Below the pieces are notes generated by a model, which saw nothing but the letters and a program-made list of their open reading frames with translations, ran no database searches and was not told where the DNA came from. Shown in pieces: positions 49,188-57,909 of a stretch of DNA of 64,000 nucleotides (positions within the stretch are counted from its first letter, which is position 1; each line of letters starts with the position of its first letter). The DNA is from an uncultured Bdellovibrio sp. Its GTDB lineage: Bacteria > Bdellovibrionota > Bdellovibrionia > Bdellovibrionales > Bdellovibrionaceae. The stretch lies in contig CAWVRN010000002.1 of the NCBI GenBank assembly GCA_963932905.1, positions 128,001 through 192,000 of the forward strand. The letters are read 5' to 3'. Made by a program: the position numbers and the translations under genes.

Positions 49188-49356
49188 AGAGCCTAAGGCT
49201 AGCAAGCCAGCATAAAGTCCGTCAAACGGGTACCCTATAAGGTCTAGCTTTTCATATCGAATATTAAGAAGAATTGTTTCACTGGAACAATAAATTTAGT
49301 TGTCTATTTTTGTGACATTCGCTATCTACATTTGGAAAATGTTTTGGAGTTTTGCC

Positions 49357-49734
49357 GTGGATGTTGATCGTCCTTCTACTTGGAAGAAGTTTAGTTCAGA
49401 TGAAGTTTGTCATAGCTGTGTGGCTAGTTGTTGTACTATGCCGGTGGAAGTGACTTTGTCGGATTTGATTCGATTGAATTTAGTTTCTGAGGATGAAGTT
49501 CAGAATATGGGGATTCGCAAAATCGCAAAAAAACTGATTCGAGAGAAATGGGTTTCTACCTATCGTGAAGGGACTGGGCTGTTTATGTTAACTCAGAAGG
49601 CGAATCGGGATTGTGTGTTTTTGGATTCGCGCACTCGTCGTTGTACGAACTATCATCTGCGACCTGATGTGTGTCGGCAGTTTCCAAGTATTGGGCCTCG
49701 ACCTGGGTTTTGTCCGTACATTAAAAATGTCTAA
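49357..49734 (+). CDS. YkgJ-family cysteine cluster protein
   Basis: C..C.ASCC, C.FLD..TR.C..Y..RP.VCR.FP. GTG 49357 follows GGAG. Confidence 0.87.
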   Translation: MDVDRPSTWKKFSSDEVCHSCVASCCTMPVEVTLSDLIRLNLVSEDEVQNMGIRKIAKKLIREKWVSTYREGTGLFMLTQKANRDCVFLDSRTRRCTNYHLRPDVCRQFPSIGPRPGFCPYIKNV

Positions 49735-50676
49735 TTATTCTTTTGTGATTTTGTTGTCTTCCATCGAAGCGATTTTTTCCATCGTTTTCGTTTGGATTTC
49801 TTGTAGTTGAACTTTCACTTGATCTGCTAGTTCTTCTAAATGCTTAAATTCGTCTCCAGCGCGCAATTTCAGGTGAGCGGGCCGGCCCGCTAACGTATCA
49901 TCTAGGAAACGTTCGAACGCATACAGGGGCCCAGCTATTCGATGCGAGATCGTTTTTCCCACCGCAAATAAAATCGCGCAAAACCCAACCGAAATTATCA
50001 AGAATGTGATTACGAATGGCGATATAAATTTGTTAATCAGAAATTGATTGCCGCCAACAAGTTCAGAAATTGATACGCGTAAGTATGTGTAAGAGAACAC
50101 TAAACTGATAACCGTTAGACCTATACCGACACCCAACAGGACGAAACAATATTTTAATTGGAACGACGGGTTCACCCAGTATTTTCGGCGCGAATTGTGT
50201 TCTGGCCATAGGATTTCACCCTCTTTAATAATGGCGGAAACAATCATCGCATAGCCAACCCATTGAACGGCATCAGCAATGTTGAATGCCGGACTTGAAA
50301 GTGAAGGGGTACCTAAAACGATAAAGTCGACGACATAACCCCAAATAATTCGGTCCGCAACATTTCCTAAAATGCCACCAATCAAAATGGATAGACCTGT
50401 TCTGAGAACCAATGATTTTATGGGAAGTAAGTACTGGATGATGACATAAATACATAATAAAAATGCGCCGCCCGTTGATAAGGATACGATACGCAATACT
50501 TGCGGCAGCTCGGAAAATAATCCCAGCATTGCGCCATGATTGTGATGTAAAACAAAATTCAAGTAGCCATACGAATGTACGCCTTCTAAACCATTGGCCC
50601 ACAGTTTTGTAAAGCGATCCAAAACCCAACATACAACAAGAGGAAAAAGTACAATCACCCATTCGATTCGTTTCAT
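49735..50676 (-). CDS. lspA: Lipoprotein signal peptidase II with C-terminal 2TM-HAMP-like extension
   Basis: LDRFTK, N.GA..G, GN.ADR...GYVVDF, AFNIAD; extra ~150 aa containing SHRIAGPL...LRAGDEF. Confidence 0.9.
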   Translation of the reverse strand: MKRIEWVIVLFPLVVCWVLDRFTKLWANGLEGVHSYGYLNFVLHHNHGAMLGLFSELPQVLRIVSLSTGGAFLLCIYVIIQYLLPIKSLVLRTGLSILIGGILGNVADRIIWGYVVDFIVLGTPSLSSPAFNIADAVQWVGYAMIVSAIIKEGEILWPEHNSRRKYWVNPSFQLKYCFVLLGVGIGLTVISLVFSYTYLRVSISELVGGNQFLINKFISPFVITFLIISVGFCAILFAVGKTISHRIAGPLYAFERFLDDTLAGRPAHLKLRAGDEFKHLEELADQVKVQLQEIQTKTMEKIASMEDNKITKE

Positions 50677-50762
50677 AAACGTCAGTATGAATTCAAAAAA
50701 AAAATCAGTAAATAAAGATAAACTTTTTGCTTAAAGACTAGAGGGAGGTCTACAATTATTGA

Positions 50763-52193
50763 ATGACAATAAATAAAATATCTAAGACCTTAGTCGTGAC
50801 CGGCGTGTTATGCTTTACAGTTGCGAATTTCGCGATGGCAAGTGAGAACGCAAATGAAATTAAAAAAAATGTAGAAAAAGTCGTTAATCAAAGCAAAGTT
50901 CCTAAAGGGGATTTAAGTCTGATGATTTCTTATATCAACAATCAGAAAAGTGAAGTTATCTACGAATTAAATTCTTCCGAGAAAAAAATTCCCGCATCGA
51001 TTAGTAAACTGACAACAGCGGCGGCCGTGTTAGATCAGTTTCCTCCTGGATACAAATTCAAAACTGTTTTAGGATTGGATCCTGATAAAATTTCGGGCGA
51101 TACTTATTCTGGCGATCTATATCTAAAAGGTGGCGGTGATCCTTCATTTGTTTCCGAGAACATGTGGTTTTTAGTGAATCAGTTTGAACGTAGCCAAATT
51201 AAAAAAATCAAAGGCTCAATTATCGTAGATGATTTACTTTTTGATAGTGTTCGTTTTGATGAAAGCCGCCAGGAAAACCGTGTAGATCGAGCTTATGATG
51301 CACCAGTGGGCGCTATGTCGTTCAACTGGAATTCGATCAACATTTTTGTGCGTCCAGATACCAGCGGCAAAAGACCAAAAGTATTTTTAGATCCTGATGT
51401 TGGTATGTTCACGGTAGAAAACAAAGCCACGCAAAATGAGGGCGATAAAGCAGAAATTTATGTGGAACGTAAAGGAACCCAAGTTATCGTCAGCGGCACT
51501 ATTGGCAAAAAGAGCAAAGAGTTCGTAGCATATAAAAATGTAGAAGATCCAGCTGACTGGAGTGGACGAAATCTAAAGTTATTCTTAAAACAACGTGGTA
51601 TCTTGGTCGATGGTGAGGTGAAGCCTGGGGTAATGCCAAAATCGATGAAGATTGTTTCTGAATATGAAAGCAAACCAATTGAAGCTGTCCTTGCCGACAT
51701 GAACAAGTTCTCAAATAACTACGTGGCTGAAATGTTAACCAAGAATCTTAGTATTTCTGGCGAGGCCGACATTGGAACTTTGAAAAAGGGCATGGTTAAA
51801 ATTAACGATTATCTGGCTCGTATTAAATTACCTAAAGATCAATATTATATGGTGAACCCTTCGGGTTTAACTCGTGAAAATAAAATGAGTGCAAAAGCGA
51901 TGACTCATTTACTGGAAACTATTCACAAAGATTTTAAAGTTTTCCCTGAGTTGTTGGTTTCCTTACCAATCGCGGGTGTAGATGGAACTTTGAAAAAACG
52001 TATGAAGGGCGAAGCCGCGGAACGTTGGGTTCGCGCGAAAACAGGATTTTTGACCGGCGTTGTAAGTCTAGCTGGCTATGCCGGACGTGCCGATGGTCGT
52101 GTTTATCAGTTCACTTTTATATTTAATGGCAGTGCAGACGAGGCCAGAATTAGAAACTTTTTTGATAAAATACTGAATACCTTGATAGACTAA
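50763..52193 (+). CDS. dacB: D-Ala-D-Ala carboxypeptidase/endopeptidase (PBP4)
   Basis: PASISK (SxxK), GGGDP, SNN, SGL.R.N, AKTG. Confidence 0.95.
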   Translation: MTINKISKTLVVTGVLCFTVANFAMASENANEIKKNVEKVVNQSKVPKGDLSLMISYINNQKSEVIYELNSSEKKIPASISKLTTAAAVLDQFPPGYKFKTVLGLDPDKISGDTYSGDLYLKGGGDPSFVSENMWFLVNQFERSQIKKIKGSIIVDDLLFDSVRFDESRQENRVDRAYDAPVGAMSFNWNSINIFVRPDTSGKRPKVFLDPDVGMFTVENKATQNEGDKAEIYVERKGTQVIVSGTIGKKSKEFVAYKNVEDPADWSGRNLKLFLKQRGILVDGEVKPGVMPKSMKIVSEYESKPIEAVLADMNKFSNNYVAEMLTKNLSISGEADIGTLKKGMVKINDYLARIKLPKDQYYMVNPSGLTRENKMSAKAMTHLLETIHKDFKVFPELLVSLPIAGVDGTLKKRMKGEAAERWVRAKTGFLTGVVSLAGYAGRADGRVYQFTFIFNGSADEARIRNFFDKILNTLID

Positions 52194-52197
52194 ACAA

Positions 52198-53409
52198 ATG
52201 AAATATTTGTTTTTATATCTGTTTTTTTTGAGCGCTGGAATTACTGTTTCCGCGTCTGCAAATTCTGAGGATACTCCTGTTACTCATGATGAAATTTTAG
52301 GTGCCTCGAATCCTTTTGGAGCCCGTGAGTGGCGCAACCCTGATTTTGAATCGCAAGGTAACTATATTGGTGCCAGTAAAAATGCATTTAAGGTCCCTAA
52401 AGGAATGGAAGAACGGGTAGAGTTCTGGAAAAAAGTCTACACTGAGTATACGTCAGAGCAGGGAGTTATTCATAACACCGAAAACATCGGCGAGATTTAT
52501 AAAAAAGTCGACTTTGCCGATATCGTTAGCAATAAAGACCTAACTCGTTATCAAATTGAAAAAGAAAAGCAGAAGCGTGTTGATAATTTAAAGAAAATTA
52601 TTTTATTAGAGAAGCCAAGTCTGAAAATGGATGACCTTCGTTTTCAGTTAGGGCAGAAGGATCGCGTAGAAACAGCTATTTTCCTATCCGGTCGCTACAT
52701 CGAGGATTTCGAAGATATTTTCCGCCAGAATCAATTACCAATACAACTCACTCGGCTTGTATTTGTGGAAAGCTCATTTAACGTGTTAGCGCGCTCGAAA
52801 GTAGGTGCCAGTGGATTGTGGCAAATTATGCCATCCAATGCGCGTCCTTATCGCATGATGGGACCACTGGTAGATAAACGAAACCATCCAATCGAAGCGA
52901 CCAAGTTGGCAGCGAAGCTTTTAAAAAATAATTATGGCATGCTGGAAGACTGGCCTCTGGCCGTAACCGGCTACAATCACGGTCCTACGGGTGTTATGAA
53001 AATGACGAAGAAGTATAAAACGCGCGATTTAGCGGAACTGATTGAAAATGTTAATTCAAGGAAAAGTTTTGGTTTTGCCTCTAGAAATTTCTATGCTAGT
53101 TTTCTTGCGATCTTAGAAGTCGAAAGTAATGCGCCTAAGTATTTCAAAAATATCAAATGGTCGAAACGCATTCCTGGTGAGCCTTTAAAAATGAAGCATC
53201 CTTTGCCGTTTGAAATGCTGACTCGTTGGTTTGATAATGATTTGTTGAAATTGCAAATTTATAACCCCCATTTAAGTCGCAAATTGATTTCTAAATCAGA
53301 TCCGGTTCCACATGGGACTTGGTTATTGATTCCAGAAAAATCATATCTGACGGCATTGTCAGATATGGCGCGTATCAAACGAAGAGTCGCGAGTTTAGAG
53401 AAGAACTAG
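52198..53409 (+). CDS. Lytic transglycosylase (MltD-like SLT domain)
   Basis: VESSFN..ARSKVGASGLWQIMP, WPLAVTGYNHG. Confidence 0.9.
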   Translation: MKYLFLYLFFLSAGITVSASANSEDTPVTHDEILGASNPFGAREWRNPDFESQGNYIGASKNAFKVPKGMEERVEFWKKVYTEYTSEQGVIHNTENIGEIYKKVDFADIVSNKDLTRYQIEKEKQKRVDNLKKIILLEKPSLKMDDLRFQLGQKDRVETAIFLSGRYIEDFEDIFRQNQLPIQLTRLVFVESSFNVLARSKVGASGLWQIMPSNARPYRMMGPLVDKRNHPIEATKLAAKLLKNNYGMLEDWPLAVTGYNHGPTGVMKMTKKYKTRDLAELIENVNSRKSFGFASRNFYASFLAILEVESNAPKYFKNIKWSKRIPGEPLKMKHPLPFEMLTRWFDNDLLKLQIYNPHLSRKLISKSDPVPHGTWLLIPEKSYLTALSDMARIKRRVASLEKN

Positions 53410-53855
53410 TTTTTAGATAAGCAGTAATTAAGAGCGACATTTCTGTTATGAGGAAATGTCATTTCATCTGTGATGCTTTTGCAACGAGAACGTTTAACAT
53501 TGATGTTTTCAATGCACGTCCATAGCGCGCGATCGCGATTTTCAGAGTAGTAAAGTTTTTTTGCAGTTCCTATGCATTCGTCCATTTTCATTTTAAAAAT
53601 ATTATCATTGATGCAGCCAGCAATCAGTGAATCCGATGATGTTGTATGTTCTAGAACACGAGCTAAATTAAGGCATAGGTCGACAGATTTTTTAGCACGG
53701 CCTTGATTGAAGCAATTGATTTTCTCTGCGTCACGATCTGCCGGTGATTCCAGTTTATTGGATGCGCTTAAACACATGCGATAGTTATCGCGAGGATTGG
53801 CTGCCAGAGAAAGTAGAGGTAGTAGTATGAACAAAATTATGTTTTTCATATTCAC
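53406..53855 (-). CDS. Secreted Cys-rich helical-repeat protein
   Basis: Signal peptide; eight Cys in four similarly spaced pairs. Confidence 0.75.
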   Translation of the reverse strand: MNMKNIILFILLPLLSLAANPRDNYRMCLSASNKLESPADRDAEKINCFNQGRAKKSVDLCLNLARVLEHTTSSDSLIAGCINDNIFKMKMDECIGTAKKLYYSENRDRALWTCIENINVKRSRCKSITDEMTFPHNRNVALNYCLSKN

Positions 53856-53998
53856 AGCAACCGGAGTATAGCACGAAATTGGGAAAAAGTCTCAAATTTC
53901 ACGTAGAAAATGATTGTAAACAAAGATGACGGTGTAGCGAGCATTAAAACGCTTTTAAAATGTGTTTTAAGGAAAGTGACACTTTCGGGCTTTTCGAG

Positions 53999-54316
53999 CT
54001 ATTGAAACCGTGAAAGCATTTTCTTAGAAATTTCGTCTTTTTTGATAAAAGTGATTCCAAAACCAACGCCTTTTTTCCAAACAACTTGGCCAAAAAGGTT
54101 GCGGGTTTTGTTTAAAGATTTAAGAGGTAGGATAATTCGAATGCAGTCTCCTTCTTGTGGAACGTAATCACCTTTTGTTAATTCCAAAAAGCAACCTGAC
54201 GTTGAAAGGTTTTTCATCGTACCTTTCATGGTCTCCATCCGGCCAAAAACCTCTATGTTTGCCATTTCATTGGTAGTGAATCTTCTCGCAACTTCTTGCA
54301 TACGTCCCCTCGACAT
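53999..54316 (-). CDS. Stand-alone PilZ domain protein
   Basis: NLSTSG (D/NxSxxG), GQVVW..GVGFGITF; RxxxR motif degenerate. Confidence 0.85.
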   Translation of the reverse strand: MSRGRMQEVARRFTTNEMANIEVFGRMETMKGTMKNLSTSGCFLELTKGDYVPQEGDCIRIILPLKSLNKTRNLFGQVVWKKGVGFGITFIKKDEISKKMLSRFQ

Positions 54317-54478
54317 ATTAAGTATATCGTACTTTTTCGGTTCTATATGAAGGCCGTTTCTAGATTTCTTTTCTATAGGAAATTATGTCATTTGAAACAG
54401 ATCTGCGTCTAAATTCGAGAGTCTCTTACCATAAACGTCTGTTTGAGTTGTATCAAATCGAGACTTAGTGGGACGTTT

Positions 54479-54976
54479 TTATTTGCGATGATAAACTTTA
54501 AAATCCATGCCGACATTGCCGTCGAAAGAACGTTTTAGAACTTCTTCGCGGAATTGGGTCTTGTCAAATTCAGGAAAGAACGTATCGCCGTCATAGTTTT
54601 TGCTGAGTTCTGTGAGAACGATCTTGTTTGCTAGTGGGATAAACAACTTATAAATTTCAGCACCGCCAATGACACAGACCTCATCGGGCCAGCCGGCTTT
54701 GATCAGCTCTTGTGCTTTGGCTGTGGATTGATCGACGCTGGATACAAACTGAACTCGGTCCTGTGCCTGCGACGGAGCCGATCGCGAAATAACAATATGA
54801 AATCGGTTCGGCAGCACTTTAGGAAGCGAGTCGAATGTTTTTCGACCCATAATCATAACTTTGTTTTTCGTATATGTTTTGAAAAACTCTAGATCTTCCG
54901 GCAGGTGCCAGATCAATTTGTTATTGTTTCCAATCGTGCGATTTTTTGCCATCGCGGCTACAAGAGACAAAATCAT
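54479..54976 (-). CDS. folA: Dihydrofolate reductase
   Basis: IG..N.L.W.LPED, MGRKTF.S, LPNR, IGGAEIY, GDTFFP. Confidence 0.97.
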   Translation of the reverse strand: MILSLVAAMAKNRTIGNNNKLIWHLPEDLEFFKTYTKNKVMIMGRKTFDSLPKVLPNRFHIVISRSAPSQAQDRVQFVSSVDQSTAKAQELIKAGWPDEVCVIGGAEIYKLFIPLANKIVLTELSKNYDGDTFFPEFDKTQFREEVLKRSFDGNVGMDFKVYHRK

Positions 54977-55767
54977 ACGCTGATTTCTGCTTTGATCGTA
55001 GGATGTGATTCGTATCCGATAACTTGAATATCTTCGTATTTGAAATCATCGATGTTTTTAACGTCAGGATTTAAAACCAGTTTTGGTAGAGGCAAAGGCG
55101 AGCGTGTTAATTGCAGTTTTGCTTGCTCGACATGATTTAAATATAAATGGGCGTCACCCAATGTATGAACAAATTCACCCACACCTAGTCCGCAAACTTG
55201 CGCCACCATATGCACTAACAATGCATAACTAGCAATATTGAAGGGAACACCTAAAAAGATATCAGCACTACGTTGGTATAACTGACAAGATAGCTTTCCA
55301 TTGCTTACATAAAATTGAAAGAAGGCATGACAAGGTGGAAGTGCCATTTTGCTGACTTCACCAGGATTGAACGCGATCACAAGATGACGACGTGAATTAG
55401 GGTCTTTTTTGATCGAATCGATCACTTGCTGAAGCTGATCGATGGTTTGGCCATCGGCTGTTTTCCATCTGCGCCATTGTTCGCCGTAAACGGGGCCAAG
55501 ATCGCCATTTTCATCCGCCCATTCATCCCAAATGCTAACTTTGTTATCACGCAGGTATTTGATATTTGTGTCGCCTTTAACAAACCATAGCAGTTCGTGA
55601 AAGATAGATCGTGTATGTAGTTTTTTTGTCGTAACTAGAGGAAATCCGTTTTCCAAGTTGTAGCGCGCTTGATGACCGAACACGCTTAATGTGCCCGTTC
55701 CCGTGCGATCTGATTTCTTTTCTCCGTGCTCTAGAACATGACTTAAAAGGTCTAGGTATTGCTTCAT
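54973..55767 (-). CDS. thyA: Thymidylate synthase
   Basis: [30 protein letters not shown]. Confidence 0.99.
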   Translation of the reverse strand: MKQYLDLLSHVLEHGEKKSDRTGTGTLSVFGHQARYNLENGFPLVTTKKLHTRSIFHELLWFVKGDTNIKYLRDNKVSIWDEWADENGDLGPVYGEQWRRWKTADGQTIDQLQQVIDSIKKDPNSRRHLVIAFNPGEVSKMALPPCHAFFQFYVSNGKLSCQLYQRSADIFLGVPFNIASYALLVHMVAQVCGLGVGEFVHTLGDAHLYLNHVEQAKLQLTRSPLPLPKLVLNPDVKNIDDFKYEDIQVIGYESHPTIKAEISV

Positions 55768-55910
55768 TTCCAGCCTCCTTAGCTCAACATATAGACTCGA
55801 TTGGGGAGTTTCAAAATCTTTTTAAAATTGATGAAAGGCGATGTAAATTTCCAGTTGTCTTTAACGCGTTTAAAAATTAATTTAAGGGAGACATATTTAG
55901 GAGAAAGCAC

Positions 55911-56051
55911 ATGGAAAAACTACCTCCATCAGAAATTAAAGCTAAAAACCCGGAACAGACATTCAAAGAAATGATCCCGTTTCTGTTTTATGCCGCCATC
56001 CCATTGGCTATAACGATTATATTAGCCCTAACATTCGGCCCCCCATACTAA
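55911..56051 (+). CDS. 46-aa membrane peptide, below the ORF track cutoff
   Basis: AGGAG RBS; MEKLPPSEIKAKNPEQTFKEMIPFLFYAAIPLAITIILALTFGPPY with a C-terminal TM. Confidence 0.7.
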   Translation: MEKLPPSEIKAKNPEQTFKEMIPFLFYAAIPLAITIILALTFGPPY

Positions 56052-56059
56052 GCGCAACC

Positions 56060-56140
56060 GAGTGCCTTTAAAACGGGCTAACTCTTCGTTCGGGGACGCT
56101 AGTTTCCGCGGCCTCGATTTAGCCCCTTTTAAAGACACTC
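56060..56140. repeat. Palindromic MITE-like element with 22-bp imperfect terminal inverted repeats
   Basis: GAGTGCCTTTAAAACGGGCTAA ... TTAGCCCCTTTTAAAGACACTC, 20/22 match. Confidence 0.65.
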
Positions 56141-56171
56141 TAGAGCTGTTTTCAAAAGTTATTTTAATACT

Positions 56172-56203
56172 AAAAAAATAAAAAAAGGCTGCCAGGGGCA
56201 GCC
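56172..56203 (-). terminator. Rho-independent terminator on the minus strand
   Basis: GGCTGCC-CCT-GGCAGCC followed by TTTTTTTATTTTTTT. Confidence 0.8.
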
Positions 56204-56437
56204 TAATTATTTGAACTGGCCCCTTAGCCTGCGGCTAAGGCCAGGTAAAATATCGCCAAATCAAGTGAATTTAAAACGTGCTCTCTAAAATCCAGAAAGA
56301 TCCAACACGCTCGCTTTTTTGAGGGATCGAAACTCGAATGTATTACGAGTTAATTCGGATAATAATTTTTTTTTGAAAAACTGTTTCAAGACAGCGCTTT
56401 AAAATTTCAGCTAAACAACTGTCTTTCCAATAGAATT

Positions 56438-56466
56438 TGGCTTCTTAGCCGCAAGCTAAGGAGCCA
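56438..56466 (-). other. Stem-loop immediately 3' of hpt
   Basis: TGGCTTCTTAGC...GCTAAGGAGCCA; no clear U-tract; near-identical inverted copy at 56213-56244. Confidence 0.6.
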
Positions 56467-56475
56467 GTTCTTAAA

Positions 56476-57000
56476 TTATTGGAAGTTTTGTACTTGGCCG
56501 ATGTAAGGTAGGTTTCTGTATTGGCCTTCGTAATCTAGGCCGTAACCTACTACGAATTCGTTGCTGATTTTAAAACCAACGTGATCTAGCTGACATGGGA
56601 CTTTTAGCGCTTCTGGTTTTTCTAGAAGAGTTACTGTCGTTAGGCTTGCTGGTTTACGAGATAGGATTGAGTTTTTTAGGTAGTTCATCGTTAAACCTGT
56701 GTCTACGATGTCTTCGACTAGCAGTACGTGGCGGTTTTCAACCGGTTTGTTTAAATCTAGAGTTACTTTGATTTCACCTGATGATGAAGTGCCGTGATAG
56801 CTAGAAACACCGTAGAATTCACAGGCTAAATCAGTGTCGATGTTACGAATTAAATCAGAGTAAAACATGAACGAGCCTTTTAGTACGCAAACAGCGACAA
56901 CGTCTTTGTTTTGGAATTTCTTAGTTAACTCTTTACCTAGCTCTTGTACGCGTTGTTGAATTTTTTCTGCAGAGATAAACGGCTTGATTTGTAATTCCAT
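56476..57000 (-). CDS. hpt: Hypoxanthine phosphoribosyltransferase
   Basis: VLKGSF.F..DL, VLLVEDIVDTGLT, FVVGYGLDY...YRNLPYI. Confidence 0.97.
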   Translation of the reverse strand: MELQIKPFISAEKIQQRVQELGKELTKKFQNKDVVAVCVLKGSFMFYSDLIRNIDTDLACEFYGVSSYHGTSSSGEIKVTLDLNKPVENRHVLLVEDIVDTGLTMNYLKNSILSRKPASLTTVTLLEKPEALKVPCQLDHVGFKISNEFVVGYGLDYEGQYRNLPYIGQVQNFQ

Positions 57001-57103
57001 GTTTTTTCCTTATTCCTTAAAAGCTGATGTCAGCATTCTAGTTAAAAATCGGTGTAAAGTTCAACCTTAAAGTGGACCAACGAGGCTAACTCAGGCTTAA
57101 AAA

Positions 57104-57892
57104 CTACACGAAAGAGTTATTCATAACTTCACCGAAACCACCACCGCCAGGAACGATGTAGTCTTTGGCGTTTAACCCTTTTTCTTCGTTCCAAAGTGCT
57201 CCGGGTTCGCTTGCTAACGCTTTTGAACTAGAAAGTCCTCGATCTAAACGAATAGCCACAACTAGGACATCCGGGTGTGTTTCTGTGATTTTCTTCAAAT
57301 ATTCGGGGGTCACAATTAAATGCATTGCAATAAAACGAACCGGCCTACCTGGCACGTTGTGTTTGTAATGATTAATAGTCGACATAATCGTATTGCCGGT
57401 AGCGCCCATTGGATCAGGGATTAGAACAAAGCTGTTCTCGATTCCGCCGCCAATTTTAAATCCATCCAGTTCTGTTTTAGTCACTTGGCTGTTGGAATTG
57501 ATCGCACGAGCCGCAAAGATATGATCCTGGCGAATATTTTCAGGCTTCAAAAACAAATGAAGTTTTTCGTAGCAGATGTGGGACGGGTAGGTACCGGCGC
57601 GAGCTAGGTTTATACAAACGGCCTTAGCTTCCGGAGTGATCTGCTGAGTTTTTAGCAAAACCTCTGGGTGGTCTTTGTGCATTCGAGTCGCCACTGAGAT
57701 GTCTTGCACAGGAAAGAAATTATTTACGACTTCTGCTAAAAGCTGTGAATACAAGTAATCAACATAGCGGTTGATTTCAGGTTGGAATGTCGTTGGCTGA
57801 CACAATTTAGCTAGTAGACCAAGAAGATAGGGGTGATCAAAAAAGTGAACGTTTTTTCCGTAATGATGTTTCATTACGAGGTCTTTTACCAA
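57104..57892 (-). CDS. upp: Uracil phosphoribosyltransferase, long divergent type
   Basis: LARAG, IPDPMGATGNT, GLN.KDYIVPG.G.FG. Start TTG 57892 or ATG 57874. Confidence 0.85.
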   Translation of the reverse strand: MVKDLVMKHHYGKNVHFFDHPYLLGLLAKLCQPTTFQPEINRYVDYLYSQLLAEVVNNFFPVQDISVATRMHKDHPEVLLKTQQITPEAKAVCINLARAGTYPSHICYEKLHLFLKPENIRQDHIFAARAINSNSQVTKTELDGFKIGGGIENSFVLIPDPMGATGNTIMSTINHYKHNVPGRPVRFIAMHLIVTPEYLKKITETHPDVLVVAIRLDRGLSSSKALASEPGALWNEEKGLNAKDYIVPGGGGFGEVMNNSFV

Positions 57893-57909
57893 AGGTTGTG
57901 CACAAGTCT

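Noticed and set aside
50763..52193. dacB as a prey-rounding predatory endopeptidase
   Set aside because: No adjacent ankyrin immunity gene, and the context fits a housekeeping PBP4; cannot be settled without a phylogeny.
56172..56470. 6S RNA, SRP RNA, tmRNA or c-di-GMP riboswitch
   Set aside because: Could not find the diagnostic motifs or end-to-end pairing by eye; kept only as an unnamed candidate.
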